Positions 9,216-16,560 of a stretch of DNA of 28,207 nucleotides are shown here, one piece after another; the stretch's first letter is position 1, and each line of letters opens with the position of its first letter. The translations under genes were made by a program, and so were the position numbers. Source of the stretch: Abditibacteriaceae bacterium (GTDB lineage Bacteria; Armatimonadota; Abditibacteriia; Abditibacteriales; Abditibacteriaceae); contig JANMKN010000276.1 of assembly GCA_031372065.1 (NCBI GenBank), positions 1-28,207 on the forward strand. Direction: 5' to 3'. The notes under the pieces are model-generated. The model searched no databases. It worked only from the letters and a program-made list of their open reading frames with translations, and was not told the origin of the DNA.

Positions 9216-9548
9216 ATGACCAGCGCACTGCTTGAAATTGAACAATTGTTGGCGCGCATGACGCGGGCGGAAAAAGCGCAACTGCTGCAATGGGTCGTTA
9301 GCGACCTTGGCGAAGCGTTTCTCGGCATCGAGAGCGCGCCGGACGTTTGCGGCGGTGAGCCGCGCATCGTCCGCACGCGCATTCCCGTGTGGCTGTTGGA
9401 ACAAGGGCGGCGACTCGGCGCCAGCGAAGCCGATTTATTGCGCGCCTACCCAATACTGCGCGCCGAAGATTTGACGCACGCTTGGGCCTACGTTCGCGCT
9501 CACGGCGAGGAAATCGCACAGCAGATTCAAGAAAACGAGGAAGCCTGA
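9216..9548 (+). CDS. DUF433-family antitoxin
   Basis: IESAPDVCGGEPRIVRTRIPVW...LLRAYPILRAEDL..AWAY is the DUF433 signature. Confidence 0.9.
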   Translation: MTSALLEIEQLLARMTRAEKAQLLQWVVSDLGEAFLGIESAPDVCGGEPRIVRTRIPVWLLEQGRRLGASEADLLRAYPILRAEDLTHAWAYVRAHGEEIAQQIQENEEA

Positions 9549-9550
9549 TT

Positions 9551-9751
9551 GTGGCGCGCTTCTACTCCAACGAAAACTTCCCGCTGCCCGTCGTTGAAGA
9601 GTTACACCGCGAACAACCCGCACATAGCGGCATCATCGTTTGCACGCTCGACTTGGATTTCGCCGGACAAGCCGGGCGCATTCACGCCGCCGTCACGGAG
9701 CAAGAGGATTTGCACGGCCAATTATTGCGCGTGAATCGGCCCGCGAATTGA
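9551..9751 (+). pseudogene. DUF5615 PIN-like toxin, 66 aa, probable in-frame internal deletion
   Basis: GTG 2 nt after the DUF433 stop. The N-terminus MARFYSNENFPLPVVEEL joins directly to the C-terminal HREQPAHSGIIVCT; the usual GHDV...D..VL..A....R..LT.N..DF core is absent. Confidence 0.75.
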
Positions 9752-9805
9752 AGGACACCGACCCGCGTTGGCGGCAACGCCGCGCTGATTGCGGCGAGGC
9801 AGTAA
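9742..9805 (+). repeat. Direct repeat copy 2 (degenerate 3' end of the beta-helix gene)
   Basis: cgcgaattgaaggacaccgacccgcgttgg--cggcaacgccgcgctgattgcggcgaggcagtaa; 2-nt deletion and 6 substitutions relative to copy 1. Confidence 0.9.
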
Positions 9806-9886
9806 GGGAACCACGGCGCAAAGCCGAATTTATGCAGATTGTCGTCATCACGCTACCAACAAAAGTCTGCGCCAGTGCAATGTCAC

Positions 9887-10609
9887 TTATCCAAGGGTTT
9901 CTGTTGTCGCAGCGTCTCGTGAAGACGATTGTCCCAATAACATACGCGCCAAGCCACACGCCGAACATGAAGTCCACAACCACATTAGGACAACCGTAAA
10001 TCGCACACAGGCACTCAAGTCCATCATGCCCACACTGTCCATATCGGCGTGCGAATACTGATGCGGAATCGGTAACAGGGTGGCGATGCCAATAGACAAC
10101 GCCGCAATAATTAAATAGCCGCGTCGCGTTGGCGACTCGCGTGTGCCCCACCAGCATCCTATTGTTAGGGGCAACAACGGCCCGAAGACAAAACGCTGCC
10201 ACCCATCGCCGCCCCAACTCATCCAGCGGTAAAATTCCACGGTCATGGCCGCGCCCCAGAAGCAGACAAACCCCAGACAAAGCAAACCAAAGCGCCTCGT
10301 CCAGCGCATCGCGCGCCATGATAACCGAATGTCATCCCACTGTGCCCTTCGTGCCATTGCGCGCCCCACTTTTTCCGGTTCGCCAAACTGCGCCAACGCT
10401 TTTTGCAGCGCGTCCGGCGCGCTATCCTGCCCCGCCATCAACATTTGCAAGTGCCCTTGCACTTCGCGCCGGATTTCCTCGCGACGCGCGGGCGTCACAC
10501 GCTTCAATGGGCCGCACAAGCGATCCAAATAGGCTTCGATGGCCGCGTCATTTGCCGCGCGAGTGGCCTCAGAGCGATTTTCTGCGGGTTGGTTTTGTGT
10601 CTTTTCCAT
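9887..10609 (-). CDS. PadR-associated membrane protein with N-terminal HAAS / permease-prefix domain
   Basis: IEAYLDRL...RREEIRREVQGHL...ALAQFGEPEKVG followed by about 4 hydrophobic segments. GGAGG 8 nt before ATG 10609. Confidence 0.8.
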   Translation of the reverse strand: MEKTQNQPAENRSEATRAANDAAIEAYLDRLCGPLKRVTPARREEIRREVQGHLQMLMAGQDSAPDALQKALAQFGEPEKVGRAMARRAQWDDIRLSWRAMRWTRRFGLLCLGFVCFWGAAMTVEFYRWMSWGGDGWQRFVFGPLLPLTIGCWWGTRESPTRRGYLIIAALSIGIATLLPIPHQYSHADMDSVGMMDLSACVRFTVVLMWLWTSCSACGLARMLLGQSSSRDAATTETLG

Positions 10610-10940
10610 GCGAAACACCTCCGATTACGGTTTCCACCGCGTTCACGAAACTGCGCCATTGCTGCGTGCGCTGTTCCAAAGTTGCTTTGCCCGACTTGGT
10701 GATGGCGTAAATTTTTCGCGCCTGTCCTTTGTCGGGATTCTCCCACCGACTTTCGATGAGGCCGTCCGCTTCCAGCGAATGCAGCGTGGGATAAAGCGTG
10801 CCGTCTTTGAACTTCAAGGCGCTGTCACTGCGCCGTTCCAATTCGCGAGCGATGCCGTAACCATGTAGCGGGCCATCACTGAGAATTGCTAACACTAAGG
10901 TCGGCGTATTACCCTTGAGTAGTTCGCGATCTATGTCCAT
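10569..10940 (-). CDS. PadR-family transcriptional regulator
   Basis: LLKGNTPTLVLAIL..GPLHGYGI, GTLYPTLHSLEADGLI, RKIYAITKSG. AGGAGG 6 nt before ATG 10940. Confidence 0.95.
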   Translation of the reverse strand: MDIDRELLKGNTPTLVLAILSDGPLHGYGIARELERRSDSALKFKDGTLYPTLHSLEADGLIESRWENPDKGQARKIYAITKSGKATLEQRTQQWRSFVNAVETVIGGVSHGKDTKPTRRKSL

Positions 10941-10962
10941 TGCGCGCCTCCTATTGGAAGGC

Positions 10963-10991
10963 ATTATATATTGGAATCCGATGCAAGTCAA
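10963..10991 (-). promoter_or_regulatory. Near-consensus sigma70 promoter for the padR operon
   Basis: Minus strand TTGACT (10991-10986), 17-nt spacer, TATAAT (10968-10963). Confidence 0.8.
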
Positions 10992-11688
10992 TCCTGATTT
11001 TTCACAACAAATCGAAGCAGACGGTTTCGTCCTTGTGCCGCAGTTGGCCGATGAAGATCAAGTCGCCGAACTGATAGGCGCTCTGGTTGCGGCTCACGAG
11101 GCCATCGGCGCGCGGCGCAAGCGCGGCGGCGTTTATGCGATGCGCAATTTGCTGCACATCGAAGCGGTGCGCCATTGGGCGCAAAGCGAGGCGCTACGCC
11201 ACGTTTTGGTGCCAATTTTGGGAGACAATTATTTTGCGGTGCGTGGCATTTTGTTCGACAAAACGCCGGGCGCCAACTGGAAAGTCGGCTGGCATCAAGA
11301 TTTGAGCATTGCCGTCAAAAACCGCGTGGCGCTTGAAGGTTTCGGCCCGTGGTCAGAAAAAGTGGGCCTCATTCATGTCCAACCGCCCGCTGAAGTTTTG
11401 GAACAAATGCTCACTGTGCGCTTGCACCTTGACGATTGCAACGCCGAAAACGGCCCACTGCGCGTTTTGCCCGCTTCTCATTTGCGCGGCAAAATGACGC
11501 CGGACGAAATCGTAGAATTTCGCGCCCAAACCGAGCCGAGAGTTTGCACTTCGCCGCACGGCGGCGCGATTTTAATGCGCCCGCTGTTGCTGCACGCCTC
11601 CTCGCCCGCCACTGCGCCGCATCATCGCCGCGTGGTGCATATCGAATTCGCCGCGCACAATTTGCCGGGCGAGTTGGAATGGAATTGA
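10981..11688 (+). CDS. Phytanoyl-CoA dioxygenase (PhyH) family Fe(II)/2OG oxygenase
   Basis: DGFVLV, LFDKTPGANWKVGWHQD, RLHLDDC..ENGPLRVLPASH, LLHASS and RRVVHIEF (HxD...H triad). Start position uncertain. Confidence 0.9.
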   Translation: MQVNPDFSQQIEADGFVLVPQLADEDQVAELIGALVAAHEAIGARRKRGGVYAMRNLLHIEAVRHWAQSEALRHVLVPILGDNYFAVRGILFDKTPGANWKVGWHQDLSIAVKNRVALEGFGPWSEKVGLIHVQPPAEVLEQMLTVRLHLDDCNAENGPLRVLPASHLRGKMTPDEIVEFRAQTEPRVCTSPHGGAILMRPLLLHASSPATAPHHRRVVHIEFAAHNLPGELEWN

Positions 11689-11720
11689 AAGGAGCCAGCT
11701 TTCATGGCCGCCGCTACGAT

Positions 11721-12386
11721 TTACGGCGAGGGCGGAGCCGGTGGATTGTCGGTTTCGTCGTCCGGCGTGTAAGTCGTCGGCACTTGGCCGCGAATGAGGT
11801 CGCCTTGCGGGGTGCCGGGCGCAAAAACGCGGGTGGCGTCGTCATACCAAGTAACTGAAAGGTCATCGAGATCGTTTAATAGTTTGCCGAGGTCTTCGGC
11901 GGCATGGCGCCATGCGGTGCGTTGACGTCCACAGGTTTTGTTCAAAGTGCCGCAGTCACTTTTGAGTGTCGTGAAAGAGGCTACAGTGACGCCGGGCAGC
12001 GGAGACCACGTAGGGTCTATTTCATCCCAAACGCCCAGCCAATCTTCGGCTTCTTCGATGGTGGCGCTGCGCCCGTCGCCTTTTTCTTCCAGCGAGTCCA
12101 AAAGCGATAATTTCGCGGCGTCGGTGCGCTGGCGATTCTTCGCCATGCCGATAGCCAGCACTTTTTGACGTTCGAGCAGCTTGATTTTGGCATTTAACTG
12201 CCCGATGGTCGTTTCCAGAGCGGTATGCGCGGCGCGTTCGGTGGCTTCTTGCGCGTTTAAAGCGGCGATTTTGGCGTCCCAACCGGCGACATCTAATTCT
12301 TGCCATAGCCAGTCGGCGGCGATCTCTTCTTGCACGTTGCGCGTGGCGACCACGCGCGTTTTAATGAAGTTGTGTGACAAAGCCAT
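11721..12386 (-). CDS. Hypothetical alpha-helical protein, 221 aa, apparent internal duplication and Pro-rich tail
   Basis: AGGAG 8 nt before the ATG and TATAAT at about 12421-12426 on the minus strand. Amphipathic helical pattern throughout. Confidence 0.8.
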   Translation of the reverse strand: MALSHNFIKTRVVATRNVQEEIAADWLWQELDVAGWDAKIAALNAQEATERAAHTALETTIGQLNAKIKLLERQKVLAIGMAKNRQRTDAAKLSLLDSLEEKGDGRSATIEEAEDWLGVWDEIDPTWSPLPGVTVASFTTLKSDCGTLNKTCGRQRTAWRHAAEDLGKLLNDLDDLSVTWYDDATRVFAPGTPQGDLIRGQVPTTYTPDDETDNPPAPPSP

Positions 12387-12491
12387 AGATATTTCTCCTG
12401 AATTTCAACGGTAAAAGCCATTATAGCCAAACATTCCTTAGAGAACCATACCCCAAAACGGGCGCGTGGTAGGGAATTTCCAGAATTTTCT

Positions 12492-12701
12492 CAAGTTATC
12501 GTGAAGTCAATACAAATTATCATGAAGTCAATACGAATTATCGTGAAGTCAATACAAGTTATCGGCGGGTCAACAGCGGATGCGACCATGTCAACACGTC
12601 GGCTTTCTGCGTCAATAGGCCGGATAACCGAGACAATACGCCGAACACCCAAGACGATACGAATTATGGCTAAAGCGATACGCCGGAAGACCAAGGCGAT
12701 A
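12492..12701. repeat. Degenerate 21-bp tandem array, 10 units, intergenic
   Basis: caagttatcgtgaagtcaata, caaattatcatgaagtcaata, cgaattatcgtgaagtcaata, caagttatcggcgggtcaaca, then units ending gtcaaca, gtcaata, gacaata, gacgata, agcgata, ggcgata, all in exact 21-nt register. Confidence 0.9.
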
Positions 12702-12749
12702 CGGCGAACCCCATCCCACAACACGGTTCGTGCTTCTTCCAAGTCGCTT

Positions 12750-15700
12750 TCACTCCTTCGCCGCCGTGCCGCTGATGCAGAATTCGCGGTAAACATTGAA
12801 GCCTTGCGGGCCGTTTTGAAATTGGAAGCGAATGGCCGAAACGCCGCTGGCTTTTAAGGCGCCGTTTTCTAATACGCCGCCGTTGGGGTTTTGGATTTTA
12901 ATGCGCGAGGCGCCGCCGTTGCTTTGCACAGACGCTTTGCCCCACGGTATGAACTTCGTCGGGTCGTTGGCGAAGGCGACGGAGATTGAATAACTTTGGC
13001 TGGCGCGGGCATCGGCGTGACCGGCGAAAGTCGTAATGCCAGTGATGTCGAAGCCGCGCGGGTTTTTCGTGGTGTCGAATTGGAAAGTTAGAAAGTCGCC
13101 TTCGCCGTAGCCGCGAAAGGTTACCCCGTCGTCCTGCGTGTTCGGGGCGCCCTCGCCGTTTTTGGTGGTGCCGTTGTGAATGGCATCGGCGTTGATGCCG
13201 CCGCCGTTATGCGCGGCTTTTTCGTCCACGCGCAGCAGAGCCGCGTTGCCCAGTTTCACCAGATTGTTTTTATCGGTTTCGTTTTCAAAAGCGGCTTGCG
13301 CTGCTGCCGTTTTTGTTTCGAGGGGCCACGGCGCGGGTTTGGGCAGAGCGGGCGGCGCTTCAAAAGTCAGAATCGCTTCATGCTTGCCGCCAGTGCTTCC
13401 CGCGATGGCAACCGCAACGGAGAGCGCATCTTTTCCAATGGGCACCGGACGGCCATTCACAGTCAACTTCGCGTTTTTGCCCAAAACGGGAATTTCCAAC
13501 GAACCCAACATACCTTGAGGAAGAATCGCTTCCAGCGTGAACTTCGTAGCGCTTCGTGTCCAACTGACACTTACTTTGCCGTGCGGCGTCGGCACGCTGC
13601 CTTTGGCCCATTGCAAATCGCATGGCTGCGGCGCGATTTGGACTTTTTCAAAGCCCGGCGCGGCGGGCGCAATGCCTAAAACGCGGCCCGACATTTGAAA
13701 AAGTGGCGTGCATTGCCACGCGTGACTGTAATCGCCCGTGCCCCACATTTCGCGGAACGATTGCGTGTCGTCTTCGATGTGCCAGCGCCGCATTTGGTCG
13801 GCGGCGTATTCGTTAAAAACGCCCGCGTGTTGCATCGCCGCGAAAACAAAATGCATATAATAAGGCTGCGTGTTCATTTCGCCTTCCAGCAGACGGCGCA
13901 TAATCGGCGCTTGACGTTCGCGCGGCGCTAAATCGTAAAGCACCGCCAGCACGTTGTTTTGCGTGCTGTGCGTTTCGATGTCTTTGTCGGCAGGCAGCCA
14001 TTGCGCGGGTTTGACCGAAGTCACAAACGGCTTGCCGTCGCGGTAAAGTCCAGCCTTTTCGTCCCATAATTCGCGGTTATAAGCGTCGGCAATCTCGCGT
14101 TGCAGAACTTCATATTTGGTAACGCGCGCGGCGTCGTTATTCAGCTTCGCCACGCGGATGCCATCTTGCAAAGCGCGATAATAAAACGTCGTCATGTAGC
14201 CTTGTCCAATCACGGCGGGCGGATGATGCGCGCCGAATCCGGCGATGTTCACCCAATCCATAAACATATAATCGGGCGCTTCCGAAAGAATGCCGTTTTT
14301 GCCGCGATAAGTGGCGAACTGGTCGAGCAGCGCGTGGACAGTGGGCGTGAGTTCTTTCACCAGTGCGCTGTCGCCGGTGTAGTCTTCGTATTGCACCAAC
14401 ATTTGCAGCCACAGTAGCGCATAGCTGGTGTGGAACGGACGATATTTCGATTGCTGAAGCAGCCACGCATATTTGCGCAAATCCTGCTTTGCTAAATGCG
14501 GTTGCCCGAAGGCGTTGTAATTATTCAGCGCGATGATGAGATAATCGCCGGGGTCGCAAATCGGCTCTTGATGGTGCGGCGAATCGAGATGATGCGTTTG
14601 CTGACAAATTTGCGTCAGCCACCGCGAGGCTTGCCAAATTTTATTGAGTTCTTCGTCGCTGCACGAAAAATCGCCTGCGTAACTAACGGGAATCGAGACG
14701 AAAGTGGCGCGCACATCCAGGATTTCCAGTGGCGCACTGGCGGTGAGATTGATGACCGAAAAGCTGTCGTAAAATGGCAACTCAAAACTTTGTTCGCCCT
14801 CGCGCAATTTGGCCGAGGCGTGACGATGATGACCGGGCGCATTTGGCTCGTTCGGTTCGATATTGAGAACCGTGCCGCCTGTCGCGGCGCGCACTTTGAA
14901 ACCGATGAAGCCGCTCAATACGCGATCATAGCGCACTGTCGCTTTGCCCGCGCTACCGAAAGTGATTTTGCCGCCATCGGCTTTGACATTTTCACTCGCG
15001 CGAACTACGCCTTGCGCCGGATAAATCGCTTCCATGCGTGCCGGAAGCTGGCTCTGCGCTAATTCGGGGCGCGCTGAAGTTTCGGGCGCGCAAAACGGCC
15101 ACGCGCTGTCATCGAAACCGGCGATGCGCCAGCCTTGCGGCTCGACTGTGCCATCGAATTGCAAAGCGCGCCCGCTGCCTGCATCGGCGAATTTCCAACT
15201 GTCGGACGGCACAGCGCGCCATGAATTATCGGCTTGCAAATCCACAATTTTGCCACTGGGCAATTGCAGCGACGCTTCGAGCAAAAACGCGCTTTTGCCT
15301 GTTGTGTTGTAACGACCTTCCATCGCGTCAGCGCTGAAAACTTCGGCAGCGATGACGTTTTTCCCAGCGCGAAAAAACGGCGTGAGGTCACGAAAATTCA
15401 CGAAAACTTTGCCGGTTTGCTGGCCGGGATAATCCTGTCCGCCATCGTCCGGCCCGCGCCCGACAAGTTGACCGTTGATATAAAGCCGCGCGTGTGCATC
15501 GGCGCTAAACCAAACGTGCGCCTTTTGCGGCGCGGCGGCAAGTTCGATTTCGCGGCGAAAAAAGGTCGCTGTCGGTTTCGCATTGGGATATTTTTCGGCA
15601 TGGAGCCAAATCCATTGGGCTTTGCCGGGCCGCGCCGGAATTTTGGCCGCGTCGAATCTAAAATCCTTGGCTTCAACGCGGCCCGGAATGGCTTCAACAC

Positions 15701-15797
15701 GCATTTGAACCGTAGGAATCGGCCCGCGCGGATCATCGTCGGCATGAGCAAAAAGAGTCGGCATCAGGCTCAAAAAAACGGCGAGAGGAAATTTCAT
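12750..15797 (-). CDS. Secreted GH78-like alpha-L-rhamnosidase-related protein with an extra C-terminal domain
   Basis: Signal peptide. N-domain FFRREI..FSADAHARLYING..DLTPFFRAGKNVIA. Six-hairpin barrel FSCSDEELNKIW, DSPHHQE, FMDW, FREMW, SHAW. C-domain GFEKVQIAP...GSVPTPHGKVSVSW. Confidence 0.85.
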   Translation of the reverse strand: MKFPLAVFLSLMPTLFAHADDDPRGPIPTVQMRVEAIPGRVEAKDFRFDAAKIPARPGKAQWIWLHAEKYPNAKPTATFFRREIELAAAPQKAHVWFSADAHARLYINGQLVGRGPDDGGQDYPGQQTGKVFVNFRDLTPFFRAGKNVIAAEVFSADAMEGRYNTTGKSAFLLEASLQLPSGKIVDLQADNSWRAVPSDSWKFADAGSGRALQFDGTVEPQGWRIAGFDDSAWPFCAPETSARPELAQSQLPARMEAIYPAQGVVRASENVKADGGKITFGSAGKATVRYDRVLSGFIGFKVRAATGGTVLNIEPNEPNAPGHHRHASAKLREGEQSFELPFYDSFSVINLTASAPLEILDVRATFVSIPVSYAGDFSCSDEELNKIWQASRWLTQICQQTHHLDSPHHQEPICDPGDYLIIALNNYNAFGQPHLAKQDLRKYAWLLQQSKYRPFHTSYALLWLQMLVQYEDYTGDSALVKELTPTVHALLDQFATYRGKNGILSEAPDYMFMDWVNIAGFGAHHPPAVIGQGYMTTFYYRALQDGIRVAKLNNDAARVTKYEVLQREIADAYNRELWDEKAGLYRDGKPFVTSVKPAQWLPADKDIETHSTQNNVLAVLYDLAPRERQAPIMRRLLEGEMNTQPYYMHFVFAAMQHAGVFNEYAADQMRRWHIEDDTQSFREMWGTGDYSHAWQCTPLFQMSGRVLGIAPAAPGFEKVQIAPQPCDLQWAKGSVPTPHGKVSVSWTRSATKFTLEAILPQGMLGSLEIPVLGKNAKLTVNGRPVPIGKDALSVAVAIAGSTGGKHEAILTFEAPPALPKPAPWPLETKTAAAQAAFENETDKNNLVKLGNAALLRVDEKAAHNGGGINADAIHNGTTKNGEGAPNTQDDGVTFRGYGEGDFLTFQFDTTKNPRGFDITGITTFAGHADARASQSYSISVAFANDPTKFIPWGKASVQSNGGASRIKIQNPNGGVLENGALKASGVSAIRFQFQNGPQGFNVYREFCISGTAAKE

Positions 15798-15808
15798 AAT
15801 TTCAAAGT

Positions 15809-16534
15809 TCAGTGTGCCTCAGCCGGAAACCATGCGAGCAACGCCGCTGCGACAAGGTCATGTCCGACGCGGTTGGGATGGTTAATCTGCGACATCAAAT
15901 CGTCCAGTTTGCCGCCATCCTGAATATGCTTTTTAAACGCGGCGAGGCTATCTACGAGGCCCACATCTTGTTCGGCAGCGAGTTGGCGAATCTGCGCGGC
16001 ATGCTGATTGAGAAGGTCTTGCGAATCGTCGAGTTTGGCTGATAAATCACCCGTTGGCGTCAGCAAAATCACTTTGATGCCCTTAGCTTTCGCGGCGGTT
16101 ATCATGGAAAGCCATGCGGTGCGGGCGCGTTCCAGACCAATGCGGCGATCATTGAGCGCATAATCAATCGTCACCACATCAGGATTATGCGTTAGCACAT
16201 CTTTTTCAAAGCGCCGCGCGCCCGACTCCGAATCTTCGCCACCGATGGCCGTCACGATGACGTTGATGACTGCAAACGGAAACTTCGCTTTCAAACCGGC
16301 GTGCAGCAGATGTGGATAAGCGTTCAAGCTATCCACAACCGGCGTTTTGAAATAACCGGCGGGCACGCTATGACCATGACACACAATGTTTACGGCGCGG
16401 TTGGCGGGCCATTTTTTGCCGAGTGCGTTGGTCACTTCACGCAAATAAATCGCTTGGTCGGCAGTTTTCGGCTCATTTTGGGCCGAAGCGACCACAGAAA
16501 AACACAGCACAGCGGTAAGCAGAAAAAATTTCAT
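15809..16534 (-). CDS. Secreted SGNH/GDSL esterase
   Basis: Block I GHSV, block II GGEDS, block III YALND, block V NHPNRVGH. ATG 16534 yields signal peptide MKFFLLTAVLCFSVVASA. Confidence 0.85.
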   Translation of the reverse strand: MKFFLLTAVLCFSVVASAQNEPKTADQAIYLREVTNALGKKWPANRAVNIVCHGHSVPAGYFKTPVVDSLNAYPHLLHAGLKAKFPFAVINVIVTAIGGEDSESGARRFEKDVLTHNPDVVTIDYALNDRRIGLERARTAWLSMITAAKAKGIKVILLTPTGDLSAKLDDSQDLLNQHAAQIRQLAAEQDVGLVDSLAAFKKHIQDGGKLDDLMSQINHPNRVGHDLVAAALLAWFPAEAH

Positions 16535-16560
16535 GGTAGCCGGAAGTTTACATGAGGTTT

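Noticed and set aside
9389..9751. 120-aa ORF as a full-length toxin
   Set aside because: Its first 54 codons overlap DUF433 in another frame; family similarity starts at GTG 9551.
8711..9805. Diversity-generating retroelement TR/VR pair
   Set aside because: Differences are not adenine-specific, there is an indel, and no reverse transcriptase is present in the window.
12492..12701. CRISPR array
   Set aside because: The period is only 21 nt, there is no constant 23-47 nt repeat with unique spacers, and no cas genes are present.
12491..12857. ORFs 12491-12796 (-) and 12501-12857 (+) as genes
   Set aside because: They are open because of the 21-nt repeat, have odd I/R-rich translations, lack SD sequences and overlap the GH78-like gene.
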